Assembly: GCF_006345805.1 (NCBI RefSeq)
Contig: NC_043004.1
Span: forward strand, 74,772,001-74,836,000
Reading direction: 5' to 3'
DNA: 64,000 bases
DNA from: Octopus sinensis
Lineage: Eukaryota
Positions 26,711 to 39,184 of this stretch are shown here, one piece after another (position 1 is the first letter of the stretch; each line of letters starts with the position of its first letter). A model generated the notes under the pieces. That model did not search any database and was not told the DNA's origin. It saw only the letters and a list, made by a program, of their open reading frames with translations. The position numbers were made by a program, and so were the translations under genes.

Positions 26711-27870
26711 ACTTATGTCAGCATCATGATGAACAAAAACTTTTAGATGAATGCCCACACGGAGTCCATGGTGATAATGAGTGTTTCTTTAAAATATTCC
26801 GTTATAAGCAGTGACGTCAAAATTGGTTGGATGGAGGAGATTCTAAAGAGTTCAAAAGTTCAAAAATGGTTGGAATGGGAAAGTTCTGAGAATAGGAGGG
26901 TGACAGAGTGCAAGTCGTATGAATGGTGGTGCGTTGTTGTTTGCTTTTGCTAATGAGATTGAGTGCCTATGTGTGTGTATGTATATAACTGCATTCGTGT
27001 CTATGTGTGTTCGTGATTGTGTGTGTGGGGGGATAAATGTCAAATACATCTTGTGGTGAAGTGACAGTTTTGTGTCTGTGTGTTTGATTGTGCTTATGAT
27101 AGAGAGAGGGAGAGAGAGAGAGGGGGAGAGGTAGAGAGACAGGTAGAACATACCCCAACGAGTTTGGCAGTAGCTCTCCATGTAACTGAGTATAAAAAAT
27201 ATTTTTCCATGGCGTTGTTGTAGAAGTGGAACCACATTATTAAATTCAAGGAGGTTAACTATATTATTCCTCATTCATATGAGTGGAAGGTGTGCTTCCT
27301 CCAGTGCATGCACCTATAGGATTTTTCTACCATTGTGTTTACTAAAGAGAATATAGTATATAGAAAAGTTCGGAATTACAGACGGCACAATATTTTCTGG
27401 GGTATGTTCAACCTTTGTCTCTCTACCTCTCCCACTCTCTCTCTCTCTCTCTCTCTCTCCCTCTCTCTATCATAAGCACAATCAAGCACACAGACACAAA
27501 ACTGTCACTTCACCACTAGATGTATTTGACATTTATCCCCCCCCCACACACACAATCACGAACACACATACACACACATAGACACGAATGCAGTTATATA
27601 CATACACACACATAGGCACTCAATCTCATTAGCAAAAGCAAACAACAACGCACCACCATTCATACGACTTGCACTCTGTCACCCTCCTATTCTTAGAACT
27701 TTCCCATTCCAACCATTTTTGAACTTTTGAACTCTTTAGAATCTTCTCCATCCAACCAATTTTGACGTCACTGCTTATAACGAATATTTTAAAGAAACAC
27801 TCATTATCACTATGGACTCCGTGTGGGCATTCATCTAAAAGTTTTTGTTCATCATGATGCTGACATAAGT

Positions 27871-27967
27871 TCCTTGTTTTTCCTGATGAGAAGGTGGCAT
27901 AATGCACCCTTTATTCCTTCGGAATTGAGAATATGCAGTCTTCGAAACATATGTCGAGAATAAAGGA
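27871..27967 (+). ncRNA. Type I hammerhead ribozyme (right arm)
   Basis: TCCTTGTTTTTC-CTGATGA(27883)-GAAG...CTTC-GAAA(27944)-C ATAT G-TC-GAGAATAAAGGA. Stem I is 5+5 bp with a 2x2 internal loop; helix III is the palindrome CATATG. Confidence 0.83.
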
Positions 27968-28164
27968 ATTTTGTTAAATCGTCGTTCGACTCCATTCTTT
28001 CATTTATTTATAGTAAAAAAAAACACACAAATTTCCACACGAAAGCACGTGATTTCTGCCCTTGGCATGTAGCTTCAACCGTGATTTCTGACGTAAATTT
28101 GCTACCCGGGTATCGGTTAACCGAATTATCCATACTAGGATAATTCATTCAACTACTTAAACAT

Positions 28165-28246
<82 letters not shown>

Positions 28247-28247
<1 letters not shown>

Positions 28248-28399
28248 CGACGGGCTTCTTTCAGTTTACGTCTACCACATTCACTCAGAAGGCTTTGGTT
28301 GGCGCGAGGCTATAGTAGAAATACTTGCCGAAGGTGCCACGCAGTGGTACTGAACCCGGAACCATGTGGTTGATAAGCAAGCTACTTACCACACAGTCA
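28247..28399 (-). mobile_element. tRNA-derived SINE with a Meta-like core
   Basis: Reverse complement of GCAAGT..TTCTACTATAGCCTCG..CCAAAGCCTT.TGAGTG.AT.TGGTAGACG.AAACTGAAAGAAGCCCGTCG. Further copies at ~51016, ~53680 and ~60190. Confidence 0.82.
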
Positions 28400-30289
28400 G
28401 TCATTCTTTACCTATGAATCCATTGAATTCCTAATTTATTTTACTCGTGTGGGTCGCACATAGCCATTCGATGTATATAAAATCGTATTATATTTTTATA
28501 ACTAAATATTATCTGGATATATTAGAACATTTATTAAAATATTTTGTATATTGTAGATGTATCACCAATTTCTTGCACACAAACTTTAATAAGTAAATTC
28601 TTTGGAAAATGAATGCTCACTAATAAAAGGAGTCACATATATTATAAGGAAGTGTTTATTAAAAGAAGATAATACTTTAGTGCTGCTTTATGTGGAACGG
28701 ACCTTGCGGTTGGTGCTGCTCTGCTAGTTTTGCAATATACGGCTTCAACGTTGTCAATGAGAATCAAAGATCACCTCTTTCTACAATTTAGAGGCGTTTA
28801 TGGGCATTTTACAGTAATTTAGTGACACAAGGTAAGGTGAAGGAAAAGCAGTAAAGTACACCTTCGCTTCCTCCATACATTATGTTTCCCACCGTTAAAT
28901 CTTGTCTGAAATATTTCATCACTCAGCAGTTCAATGCGATTCTCCTGCAAACAGATGACTACATCAGTACATCACCAAAATTAACTTCAAAAGGAAGTGT
29001 CACCCAAAGCGATATACTTAACTTGAGCTGGTTACTAAATCGAGCATTAACTTCAAAAAGAAGTGTCACCCAAATCGAGCTTATTTATCATCATGCAAGT
29101 TTTTTTTAATGTTCTGCTTACATTACAAGTTAATCATCGTTCGGAACCTGCTCGTTGATTCCAAACTAGAAAACTGTAATTATGCCCGACGTACAATATT
29201 CATTTTGTAGAGCTGTACCCTAGAAAAGCAGTAATTGCTCCTTTGGAGGATCTAAGATCAGAGTCTTCTCCTTGAAGCAGTTTAGTAAGCAAAATCTATT
29301 TCATGAAATTTATCTCATAAGTAAAATACATCACATTTAGCTGCAACAATTTGTTGGTCGAGATGGTCGTTAACCAGAAATCTTGAATAAAACATATAAT
29401 GCGACGGAATCTTGGAATAGCTGTTCCATATAACAGAATTTCTTTTGTTTTTGCCAAATGTTTGAAAATTGTTTCCTATAACACATTTCAAAATAAAAGA
29501 GGAAGCTTGGCATAAAAATTAATCCATCATTTTAAACGTCTCAAGCGTACCTTCAGGAAAGCAGCAAATGCTAAAAATCTTTTCCTTCTCCTTATTTTTG
29601 CATTGTGTAGTATATACCACATTTTGAAACATATGCAATCCGTACTTTTGGGAAGTAAAACTTCGAAACCCATTCTTTATTTTGCGTTTCACGATTAAAA
29701 TCCCGAAAACAAAACCGGGGAAATTACGATTTATGCATGATGGGTATTTTTTTACAAGTGTTTCAAAATGTGGGAATGTAACATGAGGGAAAATAATAAA
29801 TAAATAAAATAATTCCAGTGGTGATTGGTATTCGGAAGATCCAGTGAGAGGATTGGTGGACATTAGAAAACACGAAATACAATACTTATTTATTATTTTT
29901 TTTTTGGAAAAAGTCACTCCGCGAATGTTTTGAAATGCGTGTACTACAAACATGAGAGAATTCAGATATCTCCCCCTCCTCCCACGCACATTTAACTCCA
30001 GTTTATGTAAGACAACTATTCCGAAAATCCAACAAAGTATTTAATTAAATGTCTTTAAAATCCATAATAATAGTCTCTAAAAGTTAGATTTGAAAAATGT
30101 CGAAAACTAAAAAAAATAATTCGAGCTGATTAAATGGCGTATTGTGATTAGAACTCTACAACACAAGTAATATTATATACTTCTTAAGAAATTCCAACAA
30201 TTAAAAAATTATGGCATATTGTTTTATATTTATAATGGCATTGTTATTTTGTTTTCTACTCAGGGCATAAGACCCGGAATTTTTGGGAA

Positions 30290-30640
30290 GGGTGCCAATC
30301 TATTAAATCGACCCCAGTGGTTCTTAACTTATTGACCCCAAATGGATAAGGGGCAAAGTCGATCTCGTCGGAATTTGGGCTCAGAACGTAAAGACAGACG
30401 AATTACCTATTTCTTTACTACCCACAAGGGGCTCAACACAGAGGAGACAAACAAGGACAGACATAGGTATTAAGTCGATTATATCGACCCAGTGCGTAAT
30501 TGGTACTTATTTATCGACCCGAAAGGATGAAAGGCAAAGTTGACCCGGCGGAATTTGAACTCAGAACGTAACGCCAGACGAAATACGGCTACACATTTCG
30601 CCCGGCATGCTAACGTTTCTGCCAGCTCACCGCCTTTAAT
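30290..30640 (-). mobile_element. Octopus SINE, head plus about two tandem body units
   Basis: Reverse complement of the 1284 family. Confidence 0.85.
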
Positions 30641-31033
30641 GGTAGTGTTACTTTAATCAATTTATGAGTCTATAATTTCAAGCCTATATTGATTTCGAAC
30701 TTTAGCACAAGGCCAGAAATTATGCAGGGGTGGCAGGAATAAGTTCGATTACATCGACCTCAGTGTTCGATTCGTGCTTATTGTATCGACACCGAAGGGA
30801 CGAAAGGAAAAATCGACCTTGGAGGAACTCGAACTTAAATCGTAAAGACGGACGAAACGCTGCTAAGTATTTTACCCGAATTTCAAAATATTCTCTGGTG
30901 ATTTGAAGACTGCGACTAGTTTAGAGGGCAGTGAACTCTGTTCTTTGTAATCAATGCCAAACGTTCGTGTGTTTATATGTGTGTGTAGGTTTGTGTTGTG
31001 TGTGTGTAATTGAATATTTACGACGACGTATGG

Positions 31034-31089
<56 letters not shown>

Positions 31090-31183
31090 ACAGAACATAT
31101 ATATATATGTGTATATATATACTTTTTGTACACGGACATAGATGTATATATACTGTGATAGATTTTAAGTAACGTTCATCGTG

Positions 31184-31910
31184 TTATTTTCAATCTTTGT
31201 TTATAAGACAGGGCCTTGTAACAGATGCTAGAAGTGATTTAGAACATCCTGTTGGAACATTAATCGGTTGTTTTCTAACGACGCTATTGTGCACGAATGC
31301 ACGCCGTATCAGATTGAATATTCCAGTAGATAATAAACGTTCAGTGTGTGAGTGTATGCGTATATATATTCTTTTAAATTTTGTTGTTACTGCTGTTTGC
31401 AGCATCATTGTTGTTGACTTTCTTTATGCTCACTATTATTTCTTTCACTTTTCTCGGGAATTCCCTGGGGAATTTTCTGCTCAGCTTCATAGATAAATGT
31501 TTGGGGGACTTTAAATTATCTATTCTTTGTCTTTGTTTTGAAAAGAAAGTAATAAATAAATTAGGAAAGACAGGATTTCTAACAACATTTTTCAGGACGT
31601 TTTTTAAACAGGTTTCTAAACCTGGAAGAGCACCATTGGAATGTTAGAAGACTAGAAATCCACTCTGGAAACTACTGGTCTAAAGTACACTGGCTCCCCA
31701 ATTTACTATATTGCACCCGTGGGTCCCTAAAAATCTAACATGTACCCCGGTTGAAACCCTTCGTCTAAGCGGTCTTTTATTTTATTATTTTCAAATTTGT
31801 TTATAGAACGGGGACTCTTAACAGATGCTAGTACATCCTATTGTAATATATTTGATAGTTTTCTAACGACGCTATTGTGCACAAATGCATGTAGTATCGT
31901 ACTGAAATAT
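31184..31910. repeat. Duplicated ~130-bp module upstream of the galaxin-like gene (31184-31320 and 31785-31910)
   Basis: Shared TAACAGATGCTAG and GTTTTCTAACGACGCTATTGTGCAC(G/A)AATGCA. Confidence 0.85.
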
Positions 31911-32264
31911 TTGTTCTAGTATATAGTAAACGTTTAAAAATTTACAAACTTAAGATATTTTTCATTTTAAAGGGAGGATTTCTTCTATTGACTCCTCTGT
32001 GTAGAAAAATTACCCAAGATACAATAGTATTTCTATCAGGTGTTACAAAACGTGGTGATTTCAGACGCCACTAATCCAGTTTGCTTTAATGTAAACAATT
32101 AATGCTTCCACAAACAAAAGCATATGATTAAAAATAACTTTCAGACATTCGTATTTCGGATGATCTTTGTCAGTCTTAATTTGCATCTTTTGTTTTCTTA
32201 ATTATTTTCGTGAGATATTCCCATCACACTCGTTTTGCAATTTGTTTCAATTGTTCACCAAATG

Positions 32265-32300
32265 TATAAATACCGACGCTAAAGCCTTCCCGGATCAGTT
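32265..32300 (+). promoter_or_regulatory. TATA box plus initiator of the galaxin-like gene
   Basis: TATAAATA at 32265-32272 and TCAGTT (Inr-like) at 32295-32300, about 30 bp apart. The ATG is at 32331. Confidence 0.75.
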
Positions 32301-32330
32301 TTTGATCTGGCAATTGACCAAAAGACGACC

Positions 32331-32379
32331 ATGATGCAAAGAACATTAACCATCTTCGCTCTCCTGCTGTTTGTAACAG
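32331..32379 (+). CDS. Galaxin-like secreted Cys-rich protein, exon 1 (signal peptide)
   Basis: Encodes MMQRTLTIFALLLFVT plus one G, followed by the donor AG|GTAAGA (phase 1). Hydrophobic signal-peptide core. Confidence 0.85.
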
Positions 32380-33149
32380 GTAAGAAACACCATACAATTA
32401 TTTGCATTCCATTTACAACTTCTTTTTCACATTAATTTAGTGCTATTGTGTTGTAGTCAGGACTTGGTGGATTGAGAAAATGTTCATAATACTGTGGTAT
32501 TTAGTTAAAGGCTTTTTTTATGTTCCTCGTTTGATAAGGGCCAACTGATGAGTGAAAATGGGGTCGATGATATAAAATCAAGACTTATCCCTTTCCTTCA
32601 CGTATGAAATCTTGTGCGTATTGTATGAAATTATCATTTTGGTTGAGTCAGTAAAAGTCTCACAATATGATTACCAACAGTCAGTCTATTAATTTGTGAT
32701 CAATTCTCGCCGAAATCAACTTTGTCTTTTTATATTTATAATAGATAAAATTAATTTCAGATCAAGAACTGAGATAGATTTCGTCGAGTTTCACCTGGCA
32801 CCGACACATCTGACTGTGTAATAAATTAACGCTCAGAGGCTTGGTAGAGTCAGTGAATACGATTACATGAGATATTTAGTTAATTTGATTCAGCCTTGAA
32901 AGTTTCTCTGCTCTGAAAATTAGCAAAGTTGACGCTTGGAGGCTTAATACTAGAGATGCGGAATTTTGGATGCATTCATTTCAAATCTACTTATTAGTAA
33001 CTGCATTTTTCCTTCGAGTTAACCTGACGTTTGATAATTTAAAGAAAACATCAGAAGTAACTTTTAAGCGACTTTCCTTGAAAATGGATAAGGTTTTGCA
33101 TTATAATGTTATGAAGCACCTGCAGAAAAACAGCTTAGCCCCCCCAAAA

Positions 33150-34400
33150 CATTAATGCTGAATATAGGGCAGCTGAATTTGTGAGGGGAAGAGAGATTCT
33201 TGAATATAACCCAAGATATGGACAATCTGCAACTACCAAAACCAAGAAAACATTGATCGTGCTCACCACATGGTGAAGGACGACAGGCAATTGACTATAA
33301 GTCAAACAACCAATGCGATTAGCGTATCCCGTGCGAGTTGAGAACATTCTACACAATGGACTTGGCTTGCTCGTTTGTGCCAGTCTTCTGACAACTCATC
33401 TAAAGCGAACGCACTTATCACATCACGAGAATATCTGACATTTAGACAGATCCAGCTGGTTTCCTTAAACGTTTCCTAACATATGTTGAGAATTGGCTTC
33501 ATCACTTTGAGCTAGAAACAAAGAGACAATCCGTGAAGTGGAAACACCTACCCTCACCTGCTCCAAAGAAGGCCAAGGTTGTTTCATCAGCAGAGAAAAT
33601 AATGGCCTCATGTTTTTGTAGGGGTAGATAAAAAAGGTATTTCGTTTATTGATAATCTTCGAAAGGATCCCATTGTCAATGCAGAGTATTACACGAAATT
33701 GCTGTTGCAGTTACGAAAAGCTACCAGGAACAAACGTCCAGGGAAACTGACGAAAGAGATGTTGTTTCATCCAGCACAGAAGTATTGCGGCTGTGAACTG
33801 TTTGATCACCTTCCAAATTCCCCTGATTTGGCCCTGTTTGACTATCAACTGTTCCCTATGTAAAAACACTTCACTGGGAACTAGTGTGGAGTGGAAGCAC
33901 TCCGTCGGTTACGACGACGAGGGTCTCGGTTGATCCGAATCAACAGAACAGCCTGCTCGTGAAATTAACGTGTAAGTGGCTGAGCACTCCACAGACACGT
34001 GTACCCTTAACGTAGTTCTCGGGGATATTCAGCGTGACACAGAGAGTGACAAGGCCGGCCCTTTGAAATACAGGTACAACAGAAACAGGAAGTAAGAGTG
34101 AGAGAAAGTTGTGGTGAAAGAGTACAGCAGGGATCACCACCATCCCCTGCCGGAGACTCGTGGAGCTTTAGGTGTTTTCGCTCAATAAACACTCACAACG
34201 CCCGGTCTGGGAATCGAAACCGCGAGTCCGCTGCCCTAACCACTGGGCCATTGCGCCTCCACTACTGGGAACTAGTACTGCAGTGATATTGACGCCTTGT
34301 CTCTTGTCGCTACTAGTTACTTTTGAAATCTTCTTTGAATTACTTGGAATGAAACAATGCAATTATTAATAAGTGGGGTTAAAATTAATGCAGGCAACAC
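33150..34400 (+). mobile_element. Degenerate mariner transposase (in intron 1), interrupted by a SINE
   Basis: ENIDRAHHMVKDDRQLTISQ, WKHLPSPAPKKAKVVSSAEKIMAS, HLPNSPDLALFDYQLFP (YSPDLAP-like motif). Confidence 0.88.
33886..34263 (-). mobile_element. tRNA-derived SINE with a 13-bp TSD
   Basis: ACTGGGAACTAGT at 33873-33885 and 34264-34276. The head on the minus strand is GGAGGCGCAATGGCCCAGTGGTTAGG. Confidence 0.93.
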
Positions 34401-34538
34401 TTCACTGCTCTAGTATCACTCCTTCATCGTTTGCCTATGAACTTTTCAGCCCACCCTCGTCGCAAATTTGTTCTAAATGACCATTCTCCGTTGAAAACTG
34501 TATTTTTCCAATTATAGAAACGTACGAATATCCTATAC

Positions 34539-34636
<98 letters not shown>

Positions 34637-35575
34637 TAGAGAGAGAGAGAGAGAGAAATAGAAAGGGTAAAGTCACATTTCGGTCTTGAATGAACGTGGA
34701 ATTGCATATATGTATATGTATTTACATGTATTTATGCATTATATATACATGCGCGTGTCTCTTTCTATGCGTGCTTTTGTCTACACTTCCTCTCTGTACA
34801 CTTCTGAGTTACTAATATTTCCAACAGCTTCCGTATATTCTATGTCACGGCTCCCTATAAAACATCTTATATTCGCAGGTAATTTCGAATAAGGGAGCTT
34901 ACCTGATACTCTTGTAGAAAGTCATTAAGTTTTTTTGTCAACATTTTAATCCTTATTTTCGCCTTCACGCTTAGCATTAAGCAAAATATATATTTCACAA
35001 ATTCCGCTATTTTGGAAGGCATTCAGCTTATTTCTATTACAAATCTATGGATAATCCTGTACCGAATCAATACGTGAGTTATTTAGTTAGGATAAAGAGA
35101 ATACAGTTTAGTCATTTTTTTTTTTGTGTCATACATTGAAATATCAAAATATTTGAGTTCAAATTATGTCAACTCTATGACACATTTTAACTTTTATGAT
35201 AAAGTTGAAAAGTCGAACAAGTTTTGACAATGGTTGTGTCCCTGCTACAGTTAAATAGTTTTTTATAAATACGGCTGGTGACATATTTGGTGTATACATT
35301 TTTGTCACATCTATATCCACATCTATATTATTTCAGAAGACTAGCCAGAGTCGACTTAGCGTTTCATCCTTTCGGAGTCGATAAATCAAGTACCAGTTAC
35401 GCACTAGGGTCAATGTAATCTAATTAATCCCTTCTCCCAGAGATTATGTTTCTTTTCCGTTCATGCAAACTATTAACTTCGACTGAATACGCTTATATTC
35501 ATACACGCACACATACACACGCACACGCACGTACACATACACGCGCACACAAATACACACAGACAAATATATATA

Positions 35576-35645
<70 letters not shown>

Positions 35646-35709
35646 AATATATATAATACATATATATGTATATGTATGTATATATTATATATAAATATAT
35701 ATATGCATA

Positions 35710-36097
35710 TCTATTATATAAAATCCGTTCTGTCTGTCTGTCTGTGTGTCTTCTAGGATCTCGGGCGTCCTCCATCCGATTGCGCTCAAATTTGATATGT
35801 AGATACCGAGGGTATTAGGGCATGTATAAGTCTTGAAAATTTTACAAAAATCAATTCCAGGAGAGAATGCGATCGATAAAGCCATGAGAACGTGCATTTG
35901 TACGCGCAAGTACATCAGCTGTTGCGATCGATACTACGCGTACGCGAGAAAATCCACGTGCAGTTTGCGCAAAAAAAAGGCCGGCTGGCTTGAAATAATG
36001 CCACAAAATGGGACGGTCAGACAAGTAGTTTTGAGAAAATTTGGTTTAAGTGTTTGACAACTCAGCACCGTCCATTGGACGTGGGGCGTTTTGCTCG
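35710..36097 (+). mobile_element. Short non-autonomous Helitron (~390 bp) in intron 1
   Basis: A|TCTATTATATAAAA start, 3' hairpin CGTCC-ATT-GGACG, end CTCG|T. Confidence 0.72.
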
Positions 36098-36590
36098 TAC
36101 ATACATATGTATGTATGAATGTGTGTACATAAGGCTGGATGAATGTATATACATATGTAGATACAGGTTTGAGAGAAAACAAATTTACTTTCTATACGCA
36201 CAATATATGAAAGTAGATTTCAAATTTAATTTTTTTATAAAAGGATGGGAATTAATAGAGATCTTATGTATGGATATTTGGTCAAGCGACTTTTTCTTGT
36301 TTCCCAATTTTTCAACATATGTGTTATAAGGTTTACCTGATAACATGTTCGAATGAATTGCTGAAGATTGCAAACAATGCTTATATTTAACCTGCATACA
36401 TTTTTGGACGTTCAGTTGTGTGTGAATTAACTTTTCTAAGAGAATTTTTCGTATGATTTAAATATATATTATATAGGTTTTTAATGTGATAAATAATTTC
36501 TAATTGAATGGCTTTTATTTTCTGAATGTGTTCGTATTTGTGTATAATAGGCATACCTGTACTCATTTCGATTATTTTCTTCTATTACAG

Positions 36591-36829
36591 CAGTACAGTC
36601 TTACTATCCATGGTACAGGTGTTATAATGAACACTATAATCCATATACGCATTACTGTTGTAACAATGTAGTTCACCCGAAAACGAATAGTTTAAATGCC
36701 TGTTGTAATGGTATTACACCATACAACGCTCAGTTTCATGGATGTTGTGCAGGAACACTAATCCCTTGGTGGAAAAATACGTGTTGTGTTCGCCACCCGT
36801 GGTGGAATTTCGAATACTTAACGTGCTGA
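36591..36829 (+). CDS. Galaxin-like secreted Cys-rich protein, exon 2 (mature domain)
   Basis: Acceptor TTTTCTTCTATTACAG| in phase 1 gives AVQSYYPWYRCYNEHYNPYTHYCCNNVVHPKTNSLNACCNGITPYNAQFHGCCAGTLIPWWKNTCCVRHPWWNFEYLTC*. The spliced CDS is 288 nt (95 aa), with four CC doublets and YNxxxxxCC galaxin-type repeats. Confidence 0.88.
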
Positions 36830-36970
36830 GATAAATCCAAACTACATATTAGTTCATTCTGATTCTGTAATTGTCCAAGAATGTAATGCAACAAATAGCT
36901 CGATCCTGTCTCGGTAATTCAATCACGTATATAGTTACCTTCATTATATAGATTAGTAATTTTATCATGT

Positions 36971-36976
36971 AATAAA
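36971..36976 (+). terminator. Candidate polyadenylation signal
   Basis: AATAAA about 140 nt after the TGA; a second AATAAA lies near 37147. Confidence 0.55.
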
Positions 36977-37379
36977 TAGTGCTGTTATTAACGTTGTGTG
37001 CCGTTGACGCCGTCTTGAAAGCCTTATTAATGTATTAATTACATAAAATGTTATTAAAGACTTCCTTTTCTTCATGTAAATTTTTAGTTCCTTTCGTAAG
37101 ACATAAATTTGTTTAAATTTTGAAAGTGACATTGTACAGAAAATTGAATAAACTAATATCATGGCAGAAATAAAATTTTGTGTGTTCTTCTCTTTCTCTT
37201 TTTCTGTTATAAGACAAATTCTAATTGAATACAAGGGTTGATAATTTATTTGTATTGCAATCGAAACATACTTTCACATCACCTTATCCTTGAAAGTCTT
37301 GTTTCACATTCCTAAATTCAATAAAACTTTGATATATTTGCAAAGTATATAATATGATGGTGTATGTATATACGTACGC

Positions 37380-37433
<54 letters not shown>

Positions 37434-37999
37434 GGCCTGCACTCGCATGTACGTTTGTACACTTGTGGACTTAATATCATGTAAACCAATGTTTTTCACT
37501 TTTCATTTTATATGTATATGCCGATCTTTAATGCTTTGCATGGTACTGTAGTATTATTGTTGTTGTTGTTTTTGCTATTATGTTGCTAACCGCGTGATGC
37601 ATATATTGTTTTGCTGGTATTAATGTTATTAATAATAATAATGATATTAGTAGCAATAGTGGTAATGATAATAGTAATGATGGTAATATCAATGACATTT
37701 TGTAACTTAATATAATGAACTCTTGACTTTGTATATCTGCATTTGAATATGAATATGTGTATGTTTTCTATATTGTAATATCATAATATCATAATATTAT
37801 GTTGACCAACTGTAACATTGAATATAGAACATATGTATGTATATTGCTGTATATTATTATTATATGTATATATATATGTATAGGAGTATGGGTATATGCA
37901 CTCATATGTATGTGTATATTATATATTATGGGTATGTACCCACTCTTGTATGGGTGTACCTCCGCTAATATTCATATTTAATTTAGTTTGTACTTCATA

Positions 38000-38127
38000 A
38001 TCTCTGAAGAGGCCTTGGGATATTTTTTGTAAGTGTCTCATTTATTACTACATATTGACCTATCACACATGGCTAATATGAGCATAATGAGACACCCATA
38101 TCTGCATGGCCGAAACAGCTGTAAGAT
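38000..38127 (+). ncRNA. Type I hammerhead ribozyme with a long stem II insert
   Basis: ATCT-CTGAAGA(38004)-GGCC...GGCC-GAAA(38112)-C AGCT G-TA-AGAT. Internal helix GTGTCTCATT/AATGAGACAC. Confidence 0.82.
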
Positions 38128-38813
38128 GTAGTTTATATTTATATTTGTATTTATTTATATTCACTTATACATACTGTACTTATTGTATCATATTACTCTT
38201 TCATGTACATTGTTTTGTTCTATATTATTATGTTTGACCTTAATGTTCATATGTAGTGGTTTAATAAATTATGTGATTGGGTATTATCTGGTAGTTGATT
38301 ATTGATTAAGATGTGTTTCTCCATTTTCTTTTTTTGTATTATTAATTTGTGGTAAAACATTTTACCTTTGCCCATATAATACAGTAAATGAATTAATTGC
38401 ATCGCAGTTTTTAACATTTATGTATTAACTTTGTTGGGTGCTTCACTAGCAGTATATTGGATATATGTTATCCTATGGAGGGTTGCACTTACAACCCCTA
38501 TCTCAATTTGTGTATATATATATATATATAATTATATATATGTATATATATTCATACATACATACATACATACATACATACATACGTACGTATGTATATA
38601 TATATATATATAAACACATATATATATATTATATATACATATATACATATATATATATATGTTTGTTTGTGTGTGTGTTGAAAGAAAGAAAACGGACAAA
38701 AATGGGAGTATGAATAATTTATTTGTATGAAATAAAGATGTTGAATATTTTTATATAATAACAATACAAATAAATTATAAGTTGTAAAGCTCAAAGAGAA
38801 AGGGCAGATGCGA

Positions 38814-38933
38814 AAAACCTACATATATGTTTCGGTTCATATCCGTATGTGAGACTTAATTCTAAGCATTTGGTTATATGCTAAGAATTGGTATCATTTT
38901 CTGGTATATGGGACAGAACCTCTTCGGGGTTTT
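38814..38933 (-). ncRNA. Type I hammerhead ribozyme, U4C core variant
   Basis: Minus strand: AAAACC-CCGAAGA-GGTTC...GAACC-GAAA-C ATATAT G-TA-GGTTTT. Perfect 6-bp stem I and 5-bp stem II. Confidence 0.78.
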
Positions 38934-39184
38934 ATGAGCTTATAGAACAAATGTTAACATATTTCTTGAAAGGATGCATACAAAATAGTAACAAATTTAA
39001 AAAGTTAGATCCAATATATAATGCCAATATGTCTAGCTAGTGAGTTATAGATATTAGTCAAGATGCAATACAGTAAACAAAGTAAATAAAAATGATATAA
39101 ACATAATGGTAAAGAAAGATTTTAAAATGAATAATAAAAATAAATTAATGAAAAATATAAATGTATGTAAAACATATATATTTC

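Larger units (their letters stand above)
26569..28012. mobile_element. Truncated Penelope-like element with inverted terminal arms (~590/615 bp, 240-bp spacer)
   Basis: 26569-27157 is the near-exact reverse complement of 27398-28012. The spacer on the minus strand reads KYCAVCNSELFYILYS...NTMVEKSYRCMH, like a PLE C-terminal CxxC..E..I..N..E..CxH. There is an HHR near each outer end. Confidence 0.85.

Noticed and set aside
28681-28816. GC-richer exon-like block bounded by AG and GTAATT
   Set aside because: No recognisable protein and no partner exons.
29519-29989. 156-aa minus-strand ORF
   Set aside because: AT-driven F/I/K composition with no motif; a likely chance ORF.
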